Part shown: positions 1 to 9,206 of the stretch, piece by piece
Layout: each line of letters begins with the position of its first letter
How positions within the stretch are numbered: position 1 is the first letter of the stretch
Assembly: GCA_963720545.1 (NCBI GenBank)
Contig: OY970399.1
Span: 1,920,001-1,984,000, forward strand
Direction: 5' to 3'
DNA length: 64,000 nt
DNA from: an uncultured Acidobacteriota bacterium
GTDB taxonomy: Bacteria; Acidobacteriota; Vicinamibacteria; Fen-336
Program-made: the position numbers and the translations under genes
Notes under the pieces: generated by a model
What the model was told of the DNA's origin: nothing
The model's input: only the letters and a program-made list of their open reading frames with translations
The model's database searches: none

Positions 1-790
1 CGCCCGTCGCCTCGAGGAACGCGAACTTGTTCGGGAACAGTCGCGACACCGAGATGCCGGCGTCGGAAATGCCTTCCTCGCCGCCCACCAGGTTGCGGGT
101 CACCAGCGGCCGCTCCGTGAACGGCAGGATGTGGCTGTGCATCTGGTTGACCTTGCCGAATGAGCTGCGCATCTTCCCCACCTTCATCAACAGGCCGCCC
201 GGCAGCGCGGGAAAGGTGATGTAGCCCTCCTCCACCTCGGCACCCTCCGGCGAAACCGCGACGAAAAAGTCCGCGCGTGCGTAGGGATCGACGATCGCCT
301 GGAACGAAGCCTCCGCTTCACGCAGCTCCAGCGCCGAGCTGGGCTCTTTGTTGTTGCGTCCGGCGGCGCCCACGAAGTTGCCGATCACCGCGATGTCGGG
401 GTTGAACACCTTGGACGAGCCCGCGCTCGCCGCGTAGTTCGGGACCGAGCCGCTGTCGCCCGGTGGCAGCGACTCCACCGCCGCGGGCGCGGGTTCGGGC
501 GCTTGCGGGGCCGCTGCCGTTTCGACGGGCGGCGCTGCCGCCGGAGCTGCCGCCGTTTCGGCCGGGGCCGCCGGAACAGCAGCCGGTTGTGTCGCCTCCA
601 GCGCCTTGAGGCGCTGTTCGAGCGCCACGAGCCGGTCGGCGTACTCGCTGCGCAGCGTCTCGATGTCCTTGCGCAAGCTGTCGATCGACGGCTGCGATTG
701 CTGCGGCTGCGCCTGTTCCTGCGCGCGCGCCGGCCCTGGGCCGACGGCTAAAAGTGCTGCCAGAACGATGAGACCCGTGCGTAGACCCAT
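1..790 (-). CDS. Outer-membrane beta-barrel receptor/porin, metal (Zn)-regulated TonB-dependent-receptor-like family; partial, runs off the left edge
   Basis: Not in the ORF track because it has no stop in the window. Translated manually from ATG at 790: signal peptide MGLRTGLIVLAALLAVGPGPARA, coiled coil, Pro/Ala linker, then SSKVFNPDIAVIGNF...ELREAEASFQAIVDPYARADFF...EVEEGYITF...GKMRSSFGKVNQMHSH. Confidence 0.7.
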   Translation of the reverse strand, partial: MGLRTGLIVLAALLAVGPGPARAQEQAQPQQSQPSIDSLRKDIETLRSEYADRLVALEQRLKALEATQPAAVPAAPAETAAAPAAAPPVETAAAPQAPEPAPAAVESLPPGDSGSVPNYAASAGSSKVFNPDIAVIGNFVGAAGRNNKEPSSALELREAEASFQAIVDPYARADFFVAVSPEGAEVEEGYITFPALPGGLLMKVGKMRSSFGKVNQMHSHILPFTERPLVTRNLVGGEEGISDAGISVSRLFPNKFAFLEATG

Positions 791-902
791 GTGCCCTCGT
801 TGTTGAATCGCCTCGACCCGTGAGACATCACGGAGCGTGCGAGACGGACGAACGACCGAACGAAACAAGACGTGGTGAGCCGCAGACGGCGCGGCTCTTC
901 GT

Positions 903-1184
903 TCAGGCGGAGGCGGGCGGGCCGCGCGAGTCGTGGCGCGGGAAGAACAGGGTGCGCGGCAGGGGTGCCGCGACCGCGTGCAAAGTCTCCGTCGGCAGGA
1001 GCGCGCCGCCGACCGCCGTGGTGACGACGCCGATCGTCGCCGGCACGTGCGCGGTGCGGCAGGCCAGGCAGTGGATCTCGACGCTGCAGCCGTCGTCCGT
1101 ATGGCGGAGGCCGTCCACGAACGTGACCGCGAGGACCAGGAGGGTCCACGCGGCGATCCGTCTCAGCAACGACCTGTTGCCCAT
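903..1184 (-). CDS. 93-aa DUF2946/CruR-like leader protein (N-terminal hydrophobic segment, H...CxxC, C-terminal RGPP)
   Basis: C-terminal part of ORF 903..1634 from ATG 1184: MGNRSLLRRIAAWTLLVLAVTFVDGLRHTDDGCSVEIHCLACRTAH...HDSRGPPASA. Confidence 0.7.
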   Translation of the reverse strand: MGNRSLLRRIAAWTLLVLAVTFVDGLRHTDDGCSVEIHCLACRTAHVPATIGVVTTAVGGALLPTETLHAVAAPLPRTLFFPRHDSRGPPASA

Positions 1185-1239
1185 GGTCCCTAGCAAGGTA
1201 TAGCCCGCCGCCGACGCTGTCAAACTGCGTGGCCCGGGG

Positions 1240-1902
1240 CTACTTGCGGGCCCGGATCGAGATGCTCGCCGTCGATCCCTCGGGGTTGTAGACGCGGAAC
1301 ACGAAGCGAATGGAGCCGAACTGCACCATGTCGCCGTCCTGCAGCGGCTCCGGCCCCTGGATCTTCTGCGACTTGATGAAGGTGCCGTTCTTGCTGCCGA
1401 GGTCCTCGACCGTGACCTTGTCGTTCGCCACCTGCACGCGGGCATGCTGGCGCGACACGGTCGGCGATTCGATGCGCACCCGGCACTCCTCGGCGCGCCC
1501 CACGGTGTTGTCGCCGTCCTCGAGGTTGAATTCGGCGTCGGCCGAGACGAAGCGGAAGCGCGCCGGCAGCTGCCACTCGACGGGCGGCATCTCCACCTCG
1601 CGCGCGCGCCCGCAGAACGAGTAGCCGACGCCATGCACCGTGCGCAGGAACTCGGGCTTGCGCGCGTCTTCCTTGAGGGCGGTGCGGATCTCGGAGATCA
1701 GGTTCGCGAGGCTGCCCTCGGTGACGAAGGTCTCGGGCCACAGCAAGCGCAGGAGTTCTTCCTTCGAGACGACCTTGGGCCGCTCCTTCAGGAGTATTTC
1801 CAGGAGCTGGAAGGCTTTTGGGGTGAGGTGCACCGATTTCCCGTGCCGGAAGAACTCCCGGGTCTGTGAGTCGAGCAGGAAATCGCCGAACGCTAACCGC
1901 AT
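1240..1902 (-). CDS. OmpR/CadC-type winged-helix DNA-binding domain fused to FHA domain
   Basis: N-term FGDFLLD...LTPKAFQLL...LRTVHGVGYSF; C-term GR...VSRQHA...DLGSKNGT FHA motifs. Confidence 0.9.
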   Translation of the reverse strand: MRLAFGDFLLDSQTREFFRHGKSVHLTPKAFQLLEILLKERPKVVSKEELLRLLWPETFVTEGSLANLISEIRTALKEDARKPEFLRTVHGVGYSFCGRAREVEMPPVEWQLPARFRFVSADAEFNLEDGDNTVGRAEECRVRIESPTVSRQHARVQVANDKVTVEDLGSKNGTFIKSQKIQGPEPLQDGDMVQFGSIRFVFRVYNPEGSTASISIRARK

Positions 1903-1959
1903 TGTGAAGAGGGGTGAAGCATCCTAGCGCGCCCTCAGGGCCGGGACAATATTCGTCGA

Positions 1960-3399
1960 CTAATTGACCTGTCCCATCAGCCGCTTGATGGCGGGCACCA
2001 GCAGCAGCAGGAGGATGCCGGCGAGGGCGACGGTGAGGCTGACGGCCCCGAAGATGCGCGGCAACGGAAATGTGTCGAAGAAGCCAGCCACTCGTGCGCC
2101 CGCCAGGTTGCCGAGCGAGATCGAGAGGTACCAGACGCCCATCATTTGCCCCACCACCCGGTCGGGAGCGAGCTTGGTTACGGTGCTCATCCCCACCGGG
2201 CTCAGGGCGAGCTCCCCCCAGGCGTGCAGCGTATAGACGACCGCCAACCACCAGGGGCTGACGCGCAGGCCCTCGGGACCGGACATGGTCGCCGCGATCG
2301 AGAGCAGCAGGTAGCTCAGCGACATCACGAACAAGGCGCCGGCGAACTTCACCGGGCTCGACGGCTCGCGGCGTCCGAGCCTGATCCAGGTCCAGGCGAA
2401 GAGCGGCGCGAACAGGACGATCGCGAGCGGCTGCACCACCTGCCACCAGCTCGAGGGAAATTCCCAGCCGAAGGCGACGTTGCGGGTGAGCCGGTCGCCG
2501 AAGAGCGTCAGGCTGGAGCCGGCCTGCTCGAAGCCGCTCCAGAAGATGGTGGCGAACAAGAACAAGGCGAAGATCGCGCCGATGCGCTTCATCTCGTTTC
2601 GGTCGAAGCCCTGGCGCGACACCCACACTGCCGCGAACACCACCAGCAAGCCGAGCAGGATGGCGGTTGCCCAGGCCGGGATGAGCAGCAGGATCGCGAA
2701 CATTGCGGCCAGCACCGCCAGGATTGCGGCCCACAGGCGCGCGGCGTCCTTGCGTTTCTCGCGCAGCTCGCCGGCGCCGCGCAAACGATGGCGGCCGAGC
2801 ACGAACTGTACGAGGCCGACGGTCATGCCGACGCCGGCGGCGCCGAAGCCCCAATGCCAGCCGACCTTCTGCGCCAGCGTGCCGCAAACGATCGGTGCCA
2901 TCAGGGCGCCGAGGTTTATCCCCATATAGAAGATGGAGAAGCCGGCATCGCGTCGCGAGTCGTTCGGCCCATACAGCTGGCCCAGGACCACGGCGACGTT
3001 CGACTTCAGGAGGCCGGTGCCGAGCACGATGAGCGTCAGGCCGAAGAAGAACACCGAGCGGATGTTGAGCGCGAGGCTGTAGTGGCCGAGCGAGATGAGC
3101 ACGGCGCCCCAGAGCACCGCACGCCGCGGACCGAGGAGCTTGTCGGCCACCCAGCCGCCGGGGATCGACATGAAGTAGACGCCGCCGGTGTAGAGGCCGT
3201 AGATGGCCGCGGCCGTCATGGTGTCGAGGCCCATGCCGCCGTGCGACTGCGGCGCCACCAGGTAGAGCAGCAGGAACGCCCGCATGCCGTAGTAGCTGAG
3301 GCGCTCCCACATCTCGGTGAAGAAGAGAGTGGAGAGCCCGCGCGGATGGCCGGCGATTCCGCTCGTGTCCGTGGCGTGCGCGCCGGCCGTCGTGCCCAA
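1960..3399 (-). CDS. Proton-dependent oligopeptide transporter (POT/PTR family, MFS)
   Basis: C-terminal half of ORF 1960..4878; HPRGL..LFFTEMWERLSYYGMR (ExxER motif), FSIFYMGINLG; TTG start at 3399 inferred. Confidence 0.92.
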   Translation of the reverse strand: MGTTAGAHATDTSGIAGHPRGLSTLFFTEMWERLSYYGMRAFLLLYLVAPQSHGGMGLDTMTAAAIYGLYTGGVYFMSIPGGWVADKLLGPRRAVLWGAVLISLGHYSLALNIRSVFFFGLTLIVLGTGLLKSNVAVVLGQLYGPNDSRRDAGFSIFYMGINLGALMAPIVCGTLAQKVGWHWGFGAAGVGMTVGLVQFVLGRHRLRGAGELREKRKDAARLWAAILAVLAAMFAILLLIPAWATAILLGLLVVFAAVWVSRQGFDRNEMKRIGAIFALFLFATIFWSGFEQAGSSLTLFGDRLTRNVAFGWEFPSSWWQVVQPLAIVLFAPLFAWTWIRLGRREPSSPVKFAGALFVMSLSYLLLSIAATMSGPEGLRVSPWWLAVVYTLHAWGELALSPVGMSTVTKLAPDRVVGQMMGVWYLSISLGNLAGARVAGFFDTFPLPRIFGAVSLTVALAGILLLLLVPAIKRLMGQVN

Positions 3400-3426
3400 G
3401 GTGCGTAGAATAGCCGAGGTTTCTTC

Positions 3427-4764
3427 ATGGATTATCGAGAACTCGCCGCCGCCCTGCTCGGCGAGGCGAAGAAGCACGGCGCCGACGACGCCGACACCCT
3501 GATTGCCGAAGGCACCGAATTCTCGGTGTCGGTGAGAAAGGGCGAGATCGAGACGCTCAAGGAATCGGGCAGCAAGGCGCTCGGCCTGCGCGTGTTCGTG
3601 GGGCGGCGCACCGCCAACGCCCACACCTCCGACTTCTCGGCGCCGGGGCTGCGCGAGTTCGTCGCGAGTGTCGTCGACATGGCGCGCGCGACCGGCGAGG
3701 ACCCGGCGGCCGGGCTGCCCGACGAAACCGAGCCGGCCGAGGAGCTCGACCTCGGCCTCTACGACGCCGCCACCATGGCGGTGCCCACCGCGGAACGGAT
3801 CGAGCAGGCGCGTTCGGCCGAAGCGGTGGCGCTCGCGGTTCCGGGCATCACCAATTCGCACGGCGGCTCGTACCGCTCCGGCGAGGGATACGCGCTGCTC
3901 GCCAACACCCGCGGTTTCATGGGCTCGTACCGCTCGTCTTCCTGCTCCTTGTCGGTGGTGCCGATCGCGGAGCAGGACGGCGTGATGGAGCGGGACTACT
4001 GGTACACCTACGCGCACGGCCCCGCCGGCACCCTGCCGCCGGAGGAAGTCGGGCGCATCGCCGCCGAGCGCACGCTGCGCCGCCTCGGCGCGCGCAAGGT
4101 GAAGACGGCGCAGGTGCCGATCGTCTTCGACCCCGAGACCGCCGCCGAGATCCTCGGCACGCTGTTCGACGCGCTCTCGGGCTACGCCGTGTTCCGCAAC
4201 GCAACCTTCCTGCGCGACCAGGTCGGCACGCAGGTCGCTTCGCCTCTCTTGACGCTCGTCGACGAGGGCCGGCGGCCCGGCGGCTTCGGCTCGCGGCCGT
4301 GGGACGGCGAAGGCAGCGTCACGCGGCGCAACGTGCCGATCGAGAAAGGCGTGCTGCGCCACTACATGTGCGACTGGTACGCGTCGCGCAAGACGGGCGC
4401 GGCACCGAACGGCTGCGCCCGCCGCGGCGTCGGCGGCGGCCCGGGCGTCGGTTCGTCGAACCTGTATTTCGAGCCGGGCACGAGCTCGCCGCAGCAACTG
4501 ATCGCCGAGGTTGCGGACGGCTTCTACGTCACCGACCTCTTCGGCTTCGGCGTCAACCTGGTTTCCGGGGACTACTCGCAGGGTGCCGCGGGCTTGTGGA
4601 TCGAGAAGGGCGAGCTCGCTTATCCGGTGAACGAAGTGACGATCGCCGGCAACCTCAAGGACATGCTGCGCGGCGTGGACGGCGTCGGCAACGACCTGCT
4701 GTTCCGCGGTGCCAGCGCCTCGCCCACGCTGCGCGTCGCGCGCATGACGGTCAGCGGCGCTTGA
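3427..4764 (+). CDS. pmbA: PmbA/TldE metalloprotease-complex subunit
   Basis: TldD/PmbA motifs (DGEG, GVNLVSGDYSQGAAG, NEVTIAGNL); lacks the TldD HExxxH motif. Confidence 0.9.
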   Translation: MDYRELAAALLGEAKKHGADDADTLIAEGTEFSVSVRKGEIETLKESGSKALGLRVFVGRRTANAHTSDFSAPGLREFVASVVDMARATGEDPAAGLPDETEPAEELDLGLYDAATMAVPTAERIEQARSAEAVALAVPGITNSHGGSYRSGEGYALLANTRGFMGSYRSSSCSLSVVPIAEQDGVMERDYWYTYAHGPAGTLPPEEVGRIAAERTLRRLGARKVKTAQVPIVFDPETAAEILGTLFDALSGYAVFRNATFLRDQVGTQVASPLLTLVDEGRRPGGFGSRPWDGEGSVTRRNVPIEKGVLRHYMCDWYASRKTGAAPNGCARRGVGGGPGVGSSNLYFEPGTSSPQQLIAEVADGFYVTDLFGFGVNLVSGDYSQGAAGLWIEKGELAYPVNEVTIAGNLKDMLRGVDGVGNDLLFRGASASPTLRVARMTVSGA

Positions 4765-5414
4765 GCGCGCGCGGCATCGCCTGGACCGCGGCCGCAACCG
4801 TCGTTCTTTACTACGCTGCCGAGCTCGCCAGCGCGCCGCTTGCGGCGCTGGCCGTGTTGAAGGCGCTGCCTGCCGCACTCCTTGCCCGGTCGGCGTGGCG
4901 CGGCGGCCGCGACCGCTACGCGGCGTTCGTGGCGCTCGGCCTTGCGGTCTCGGCGATTGCCGATGCCGCCATCGAGTGGCACTTCCTCGCCGGACTGGTA
5001 CTGTTCCTGGCCGCGCACCTTGCTTACATAGCGGCGTTCGTATCGGACGTGCCGCGGCCGATGTGGGCGCGCGGCGCGCCGCTCCTCGCCATCTACGTTG
5101 CGTTCGCCGGCTTCGCCGGTCGGCACCTCGGCGAGATGCGAGCGCCGGTGCTCGCCTATGCGTTCGTCATCTTGACGATGACCTGGCGCGCCGTGGCGCG
5201 GGTGGGCGCGTCGGTGCGCGGCCGCGCCAGCGAGCGCGCCGCCGCGTGGGGCGCCGCGGTTTTCGCCTGCTCCGACATGCTCCTTGCCGCCAACCGCTTC
5301 CTGCTGGAGGCGCCGGCGGCGGCGTTCCTGGTGCTGCCCCTCTACTGGCTCGGACAGTTCGGCATCGCCATGTCCGCGTGGCAATGGCGAAGCCGCAGCG
5401 TGCCGGCTGAGTAG
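4761..5414 (+). CDS. YhhN family membrane protein (lysoplasmalogenase-like)
   Basis: C-terminal part of ORF 4299..5414; LKALP, SAIAD, FLAGLVLFLAAHLAYI, GAAVFACSD, LYWLGQ; TTG overlaps the pmbA stop. Confidence 0.85.
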   Translation: MSARGIAWTAAATVVLYYAAELASAPLAALAVLKALPAALLARSAWRGGRDRYAAFVALGLAVSAIADAAIEWHFLAGLVLFLAAHLAYIAAFVSDVPRPMWARGAPLLAIYVAFAGFAGRHLGEMRAPVLAYAFVILTMTWRAVARVGASVRGRASERAAAWGAAVFACSDMLLAANRFLLEAPAAAFLVLPLYWLGQFGIAMSAWQWRSRSVPAE

Positions 5415-5424
5415 ACTTCGCTCG

Positions 5425-6525
5425 ATGACGACGGTTGCCGAACCGTACCTGTTCACCGGCTTTCCCGGCTTCATCGGCGCGCGCCTCTTGCCCCGCCTCA
5501 TGCAGCTGGCACCCGAACGCTCGTTCGTGTGCCTGGTGCAGGACAAGTTCCGGGCCGCAGCGAGCGCGGCGATCGAGACCATGGCGGCGCGGCATCCGCA
5601 CACCGCCGGCCGCGTCACCACGGTCGTCGGCGACATCACCCGTCCGCGGCTCGGCCTCACGGCGGCCGAGGCGCAGGCGCTCCAGTCCACACTGCGCGGC
5701 GCCTATCATCTCGCGGCCGTCTACGACCTCACGGTAAGCCGGGAACTGGCGCACGCGATCAACGTCGTGGGCACGAAGCACCTGCTCGAGCTGCTTGCAG
5801 GCGCGACGCACCTGCGGGCGCTGCACCATGTTTCCACCGCCTACGTGTCCGGCACCGCACAAGGCGTGTTTCGCGAGAGCGACCAGGACGTGGGCCAGGC
5901 GTGGAACAACCACTATGAGGAGACGAAGTTCCTCTCCGAGGTCGAAGTTGCGAAGTCGGGTGTGCCGAGCGTCGTCTATCGACCCGGGATCGTGGTCGGC
6001 GACTCGCGCAGCGGCGAAACCGCGAAGTTCGACGGACCCTATTTCGTGATGGCCGCGATGATGCGGCTGCCGTCGCCGGGACTCTTCCCGCGCATCGGCT
6101 TCGCGCGCCATTCGGTCAACGTGGTGCCCGTGGACTTCGTGGTCGAGGCGCTGTCGCGACTCTCGACCACGGCGGAAACGGCCAGCGTCGGCCGCACCTA
6201 TCACCTCACCGATCCTTACCCGCTCGACGTCGCCGAGATGGTGCGCGTTTTCGCGCGGGCGCTGGGCCGCAGGTTCGTGCAGGTGCCGGTGCCGTTGCTC
6301 GTCATGAAGGCGGCGTTTGCACCACCGCCGGTGCAGCGCCTTTTCGGCCTGCCAAAGCAGGCGCTCGACTACTTCGTCCATCCGTGCCGCTACGACGCCG
6401 CCGAAGCCACCCGCGCGCTCGCCGCATTCGGAGTGTCCTGTCCGGCGCTGCCCCAATACGCGCTGGCCCTTGCGGGCTTCTTCAAGCAGCGGCGCGGCGA
6501 GCTCACCAGCAAGGCGATGATCTAG
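5425..6525 (+). CDS. Extended SDR oxidoreductase (thioester-reductase/NAD_binding_4-like)
   Basis: TGFPGFIG, HLAAVYD, HVSTAYVSG, YEETK (YxxxK), YRPGIVVGDS. Confidence 0.88.
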   Translation: MTTVAEPYLFTGFPGFIGARLLPRLMQLAPERSFVCLVQDKFRAAASAAIETMAARHPHTAGRVTTVVGDITRPRLGLTAAEAQALQSTLRGAYHLAAVYDLTVSRELAHAINVVGTKHLLELLAGATHLRALHHVSTAYVSGTAQGVFRESDQDVGQAWNNHYEETKFLSEVEVAKSGVPSVVYRPGIVVGDSRSGETAKFDGPYFVMAAMMRLPSPGLFPRIGFARHSVNVVPVDFVVEALSRLSTTAETASVGRTYHLTDPYPLDVAEMVRVFARALGRRFVQVPVPLLVMKAAFAPPPVQRLFGLPKQALDYFVHPCRYDAAEATRALAAFGVSCPALPQYALALAGFFKQRRGELTSKAMI

Positions 6526-8366
6526 CGGCTGGTCTTCACCTCGGTCCAGAGGCGGTCGTAGAGCACGGTCGCCTCGCCGATGTCCTCGATGAGCTCGGCG
6601 CGTGACAGCACGTCGGGCGGCGGGAAGATCGCCGGGTTGTTGCGGATCGAGGCGGGCAGGAGCGCCAGCGCCGCGCGGTTCGGCGTCGAGTACTTCATCG
6701 TCATGCAGATCTCGGCGGCGGTCTCGGCTTCGAGGGTGAAGTCGATGAAGGCGTGCGCCAGCTCCTGGTGCTTCGAGGATGCCGGGATCGCGAGGCTGTC
6801 GAGGAACAGGCTCGAGCCTTCCTTCGGCACCATGTAGGCGAGGCGCGGATCCTCGTCGATGACCTTCGCGAACTGGCCGCTCCAGCCCTGCGCAATCCAC
6901 ACGTCGCGCGCCTGCAGCACGGCGTCGAAGTTCGACGACGAATAGGCCCGCACCAGCGGCTTTTGCTCGATGAGCATCTGCTTCGCCTGCTCGAGCAGCG
7001 CCGGATCCCTCGTGTTGTACCCGTGGCCCATGCGCCGCAGCGCGGCGCCGAGCGTCTCGCGCGGGTCGTCGAGCATCAGGATCCTGCCCGCCCACTTGCG
7101 GTCCCAGAGCGCCGCCCAGCTGTCGATGTCGCCCACCCGCGTGCGGTCGTAGGCGACGCCGCCCGTGCCCCACACGTACGGGATCGAAAGCCGGTTGCCG
7201 CGGTCGTGCGGCCGGTCGAGGAAGCCTGGGTCGATGTTGCCGAGGTGCGGCAGCAGGCGGTGGTCGAGGGCTGCAAGCAGGTGCTGCCGCGCCAGGATCT
7301 CGACCGCGTAGTTGGTCGGGCAGATGATGTCGTAGTCGACGCTCGCCGACTGCATCTTCGCGAGCAGCGCCTCGTTCGAGTCGTAGAGGTCGACGTTGAC
7401 GCGCACGTTGTGCCGCGCCTCGAACTTCTTGATGGTGTCGGGCGAGATGTAGTTCGACCAGATGTAGAGGTTCAGCACCCGGTCGCCCGCGGCGGCGTGG
7501 CCGCCGAGCACGAACGGCGCCGCCAGGAGCGCGATGCCAAGCAGCGCCGGGAGCGACGCGCGGGCGATGCTGACGCCGCGCTCGAGGCGGTACGAGCCGT
7601 ACAGGATCAGGCTGGTGGCGACCAGCAGCAGCGTCGAGATGGCGTTGATCTCTGGCGACACGCCGCTTCGGACCATCGAGTAGATCTGCACCGGCAGCGT
7701 CGTCGAGCCGACCCCGGCGACGAAGGACGTCACCAGGTAGTCGTCGATCGAGAGGGAGAAGACCAGCAGCGCCGCGGCGACGATGCCGGGCGCGATGAGC
7801 GGCAGGGTGACACGCGCCATGGTGCGCCACGGGCCGGCGCCGAGGTCCATCGCCGCTTCCTCCAGGCTGCGGTCGAAGCCCGCGAGCCGTGCGCGCACCA
7901 CGATCACCACGTACGACACGGTGAAGCTCACGTGCGAGAGGATCACCGCCAGGCTGCCCAGCGCCAGGCCGACCGAGGCGAACAGCAGCAGCAGCGACGA
8001 GGCGAGCACGATCTCGGGCACCACCATCGGCACGGTGATGAGGCCGCTGAGCGCTGCCTCCGAGCGGAACTTGTAGCGGTGGAACGCGAGCGCCGCGGCC
8101 GTGCCGATGATGGTGGCGAGCACGGTGGCGGCGATCGCGAAGATCAGGCTGTTCTTGAGCGCGCCGAGAATCTGCGCGTTGCTGAGCGCCTGCGAATACC
8201 ACGCGAGCGTCACGCCGGTGAACTTCGCCGCGGTGCGCGACTTGTTGAACGAAAACAGGATGAGGATGGCGATGGGCGCGTACAGGAACAGGTAGGTGCC
8301 GAGGCTGATGGCGTGCAGCGCCAGCGCGCGGCCGGCGGCGCGCGGCTTGGCGGCGCGGCCCGGCAA
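6522..8366 (-). CDS. potC/potD: Fused polyamine ABC permease (PotC) and substrate-binding protein (PotD)
   Basis: N-half: FLYAPI, EEAAMDLGA (EAA loop), GVSPEINA. C-half: LNLYIWSNYI, YDSNE, SIPYVWGT, PKEG. Confidence 0.9.
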   Translation of the reverse strand: MPGRAAKPRAAGRALALHAISLGTYLFLYAPIAILILFSFNKSRTAAKFTGVTLAWYSQALSNAQILGALKNSLIFAIAATVLATIIGTAAALAFHRYKFRSEAALSGLITVPMVVPEIVLASSLLLLFASVGLALGSLAVILSHVSFTVSYVVIVVRARLAGFDRSLEEAAMDLGAGPWRTMARVTLPLIAPGIVAAALLVFSLSIDDYLVTSFVAGVGSTTLPVQIYSMVRSGVSPEINAISTLLLVATSLILYGSYRLERGVSIARASLPALLGIALLAAPFVLGGHAAAGDRVLNLYIWSNYISPDTIKKFEARHNVRVNVDLYDSNEALLAKMQSASVDYDIICPTNYAVEILARQHLLAALDHRLLPHLGNIDPGFLDRPHDRGNRLSIPYVWGTGGVAYDRTRVGDIDSWAALWDRKWAGRILMLDDPRETLGAALRRMGHGYNTRDPALLEQAKQMLIEQKPLVRAYSSSNFDAVLQARDVWIAQGWSGQFAKVIDEDPRLAYMVPKEGSSLFLDSLAIPASSKHQELAHAFIDFTLEAETAAEICMTMKYSTPNRAALALLPASIRNNPAIFPPPDVLSRAELIEDIGEATVLYDRLWTEVKTSR

Positions 8367-9206
8367 CTACAGTTCCTGCGACGCGCGCAGCGGCCGGCGG
8401 AACACGACCAGCAGCGCGAGCACCAGCAGCGACAGCAGGAACGAGAGCGCGGCGCCGAAAGGAATGTCGCGCGCCACCGCGAACTGGCTCTGGATGACGG
8501 TGCCGACGTACACGGTGCGCGCGCCGCCGAGCAGGTCGGGTGCTATGAAGCTGCCGAGCGAGGGGATGAAGACGAGGATGCAGCCGGCGACGATGCCGGC
8601 TCGCGACAGCGGCAGCGTCACGCGCCACAGGCGCCGCCACGGCGAGGCGCCGAGATCGGAGGCGGCCTCGAGCAGGCGCGGGTCGAGCTTCGAGAGCGTC
8701 GCGTAGAGCGGCAGGATCATGAACGGCAGCTCGCCGTACACCTGGCCCAGCAGCACGGCGCCGTCGGTGAACAGCATGTTGAAGGGGCCGAGCGCGACCA
8801 GCGCCGCCGCCTGGTTGAGCAGGCCCTCGGTGCGCAGGATGAACATCCACGCGTACATGCGCACCAGGAAGCTGGTCCAGAACGGCAGGATCACGAGCAC
8901 CACCAGCGCGGCGCGCCAGCGCTCGGGAGCATGGCGCGCAAGCCAGTAGCTGACCGGGTAGGCGAGCAGCAGGCACGCGACCGTCGTGAGCAACGCCAGC
9001 AGCAAGCTGCGCGCGAAGATCGCGAGGTAGAGGGAGTCGAGGGCGCGGCGATAGTTCGCGAGCGTCCAGGCGTAGACGACGCCACCGTAGGCCGAGCGCC
9101 GGCCGAGAGAGGCAAGGAACATCCACGCCTGCGGCAACGCGAAGAGGGCGAGCAGGGCCAGCAGGCACGGCGCGATGAGCAGCCACGCCTGGCGGCGCGG
9201 ATTCAC
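8367..9206 (-). CDS. potB: Spermidine/putrescine ABC permease
   Basis: LPFWTSFLVRMYAW, LPFMILPLY, LLEAASDLGA. Confidence 0.92.
   Translation of the reverse strand: MNPRRQAWLLIAPCLLALLALFALPQAWMFLASLGRRSAYGGVVYAWTLANYRRALDSLYLAIFARSLLLALLTTVACLLLAYPVSYWLARHAPERWRAALVVLVILPFWTSFLVRMYAWMFILRTEGLLNQAAALVALGPFNMLFTDGAVLLGQVYGELPFMILPLYATLSKLDPRLLEAASDLGASPWRRLWRVTLPLSRAGIVAGCILVFIPSLGSFIAPDLLGGARTVYVGTVIQSQFAVARDIPFGAALSFLLSLLVLALLVVFRRPLRASQEL

Noticed and set aside
1960..4878. 972-aa ORF suggesting a large N-terminal extension on the POT transporter
   Set aside because: The extension is the antisense of pmbA; transporter similarity begins only near 3399.
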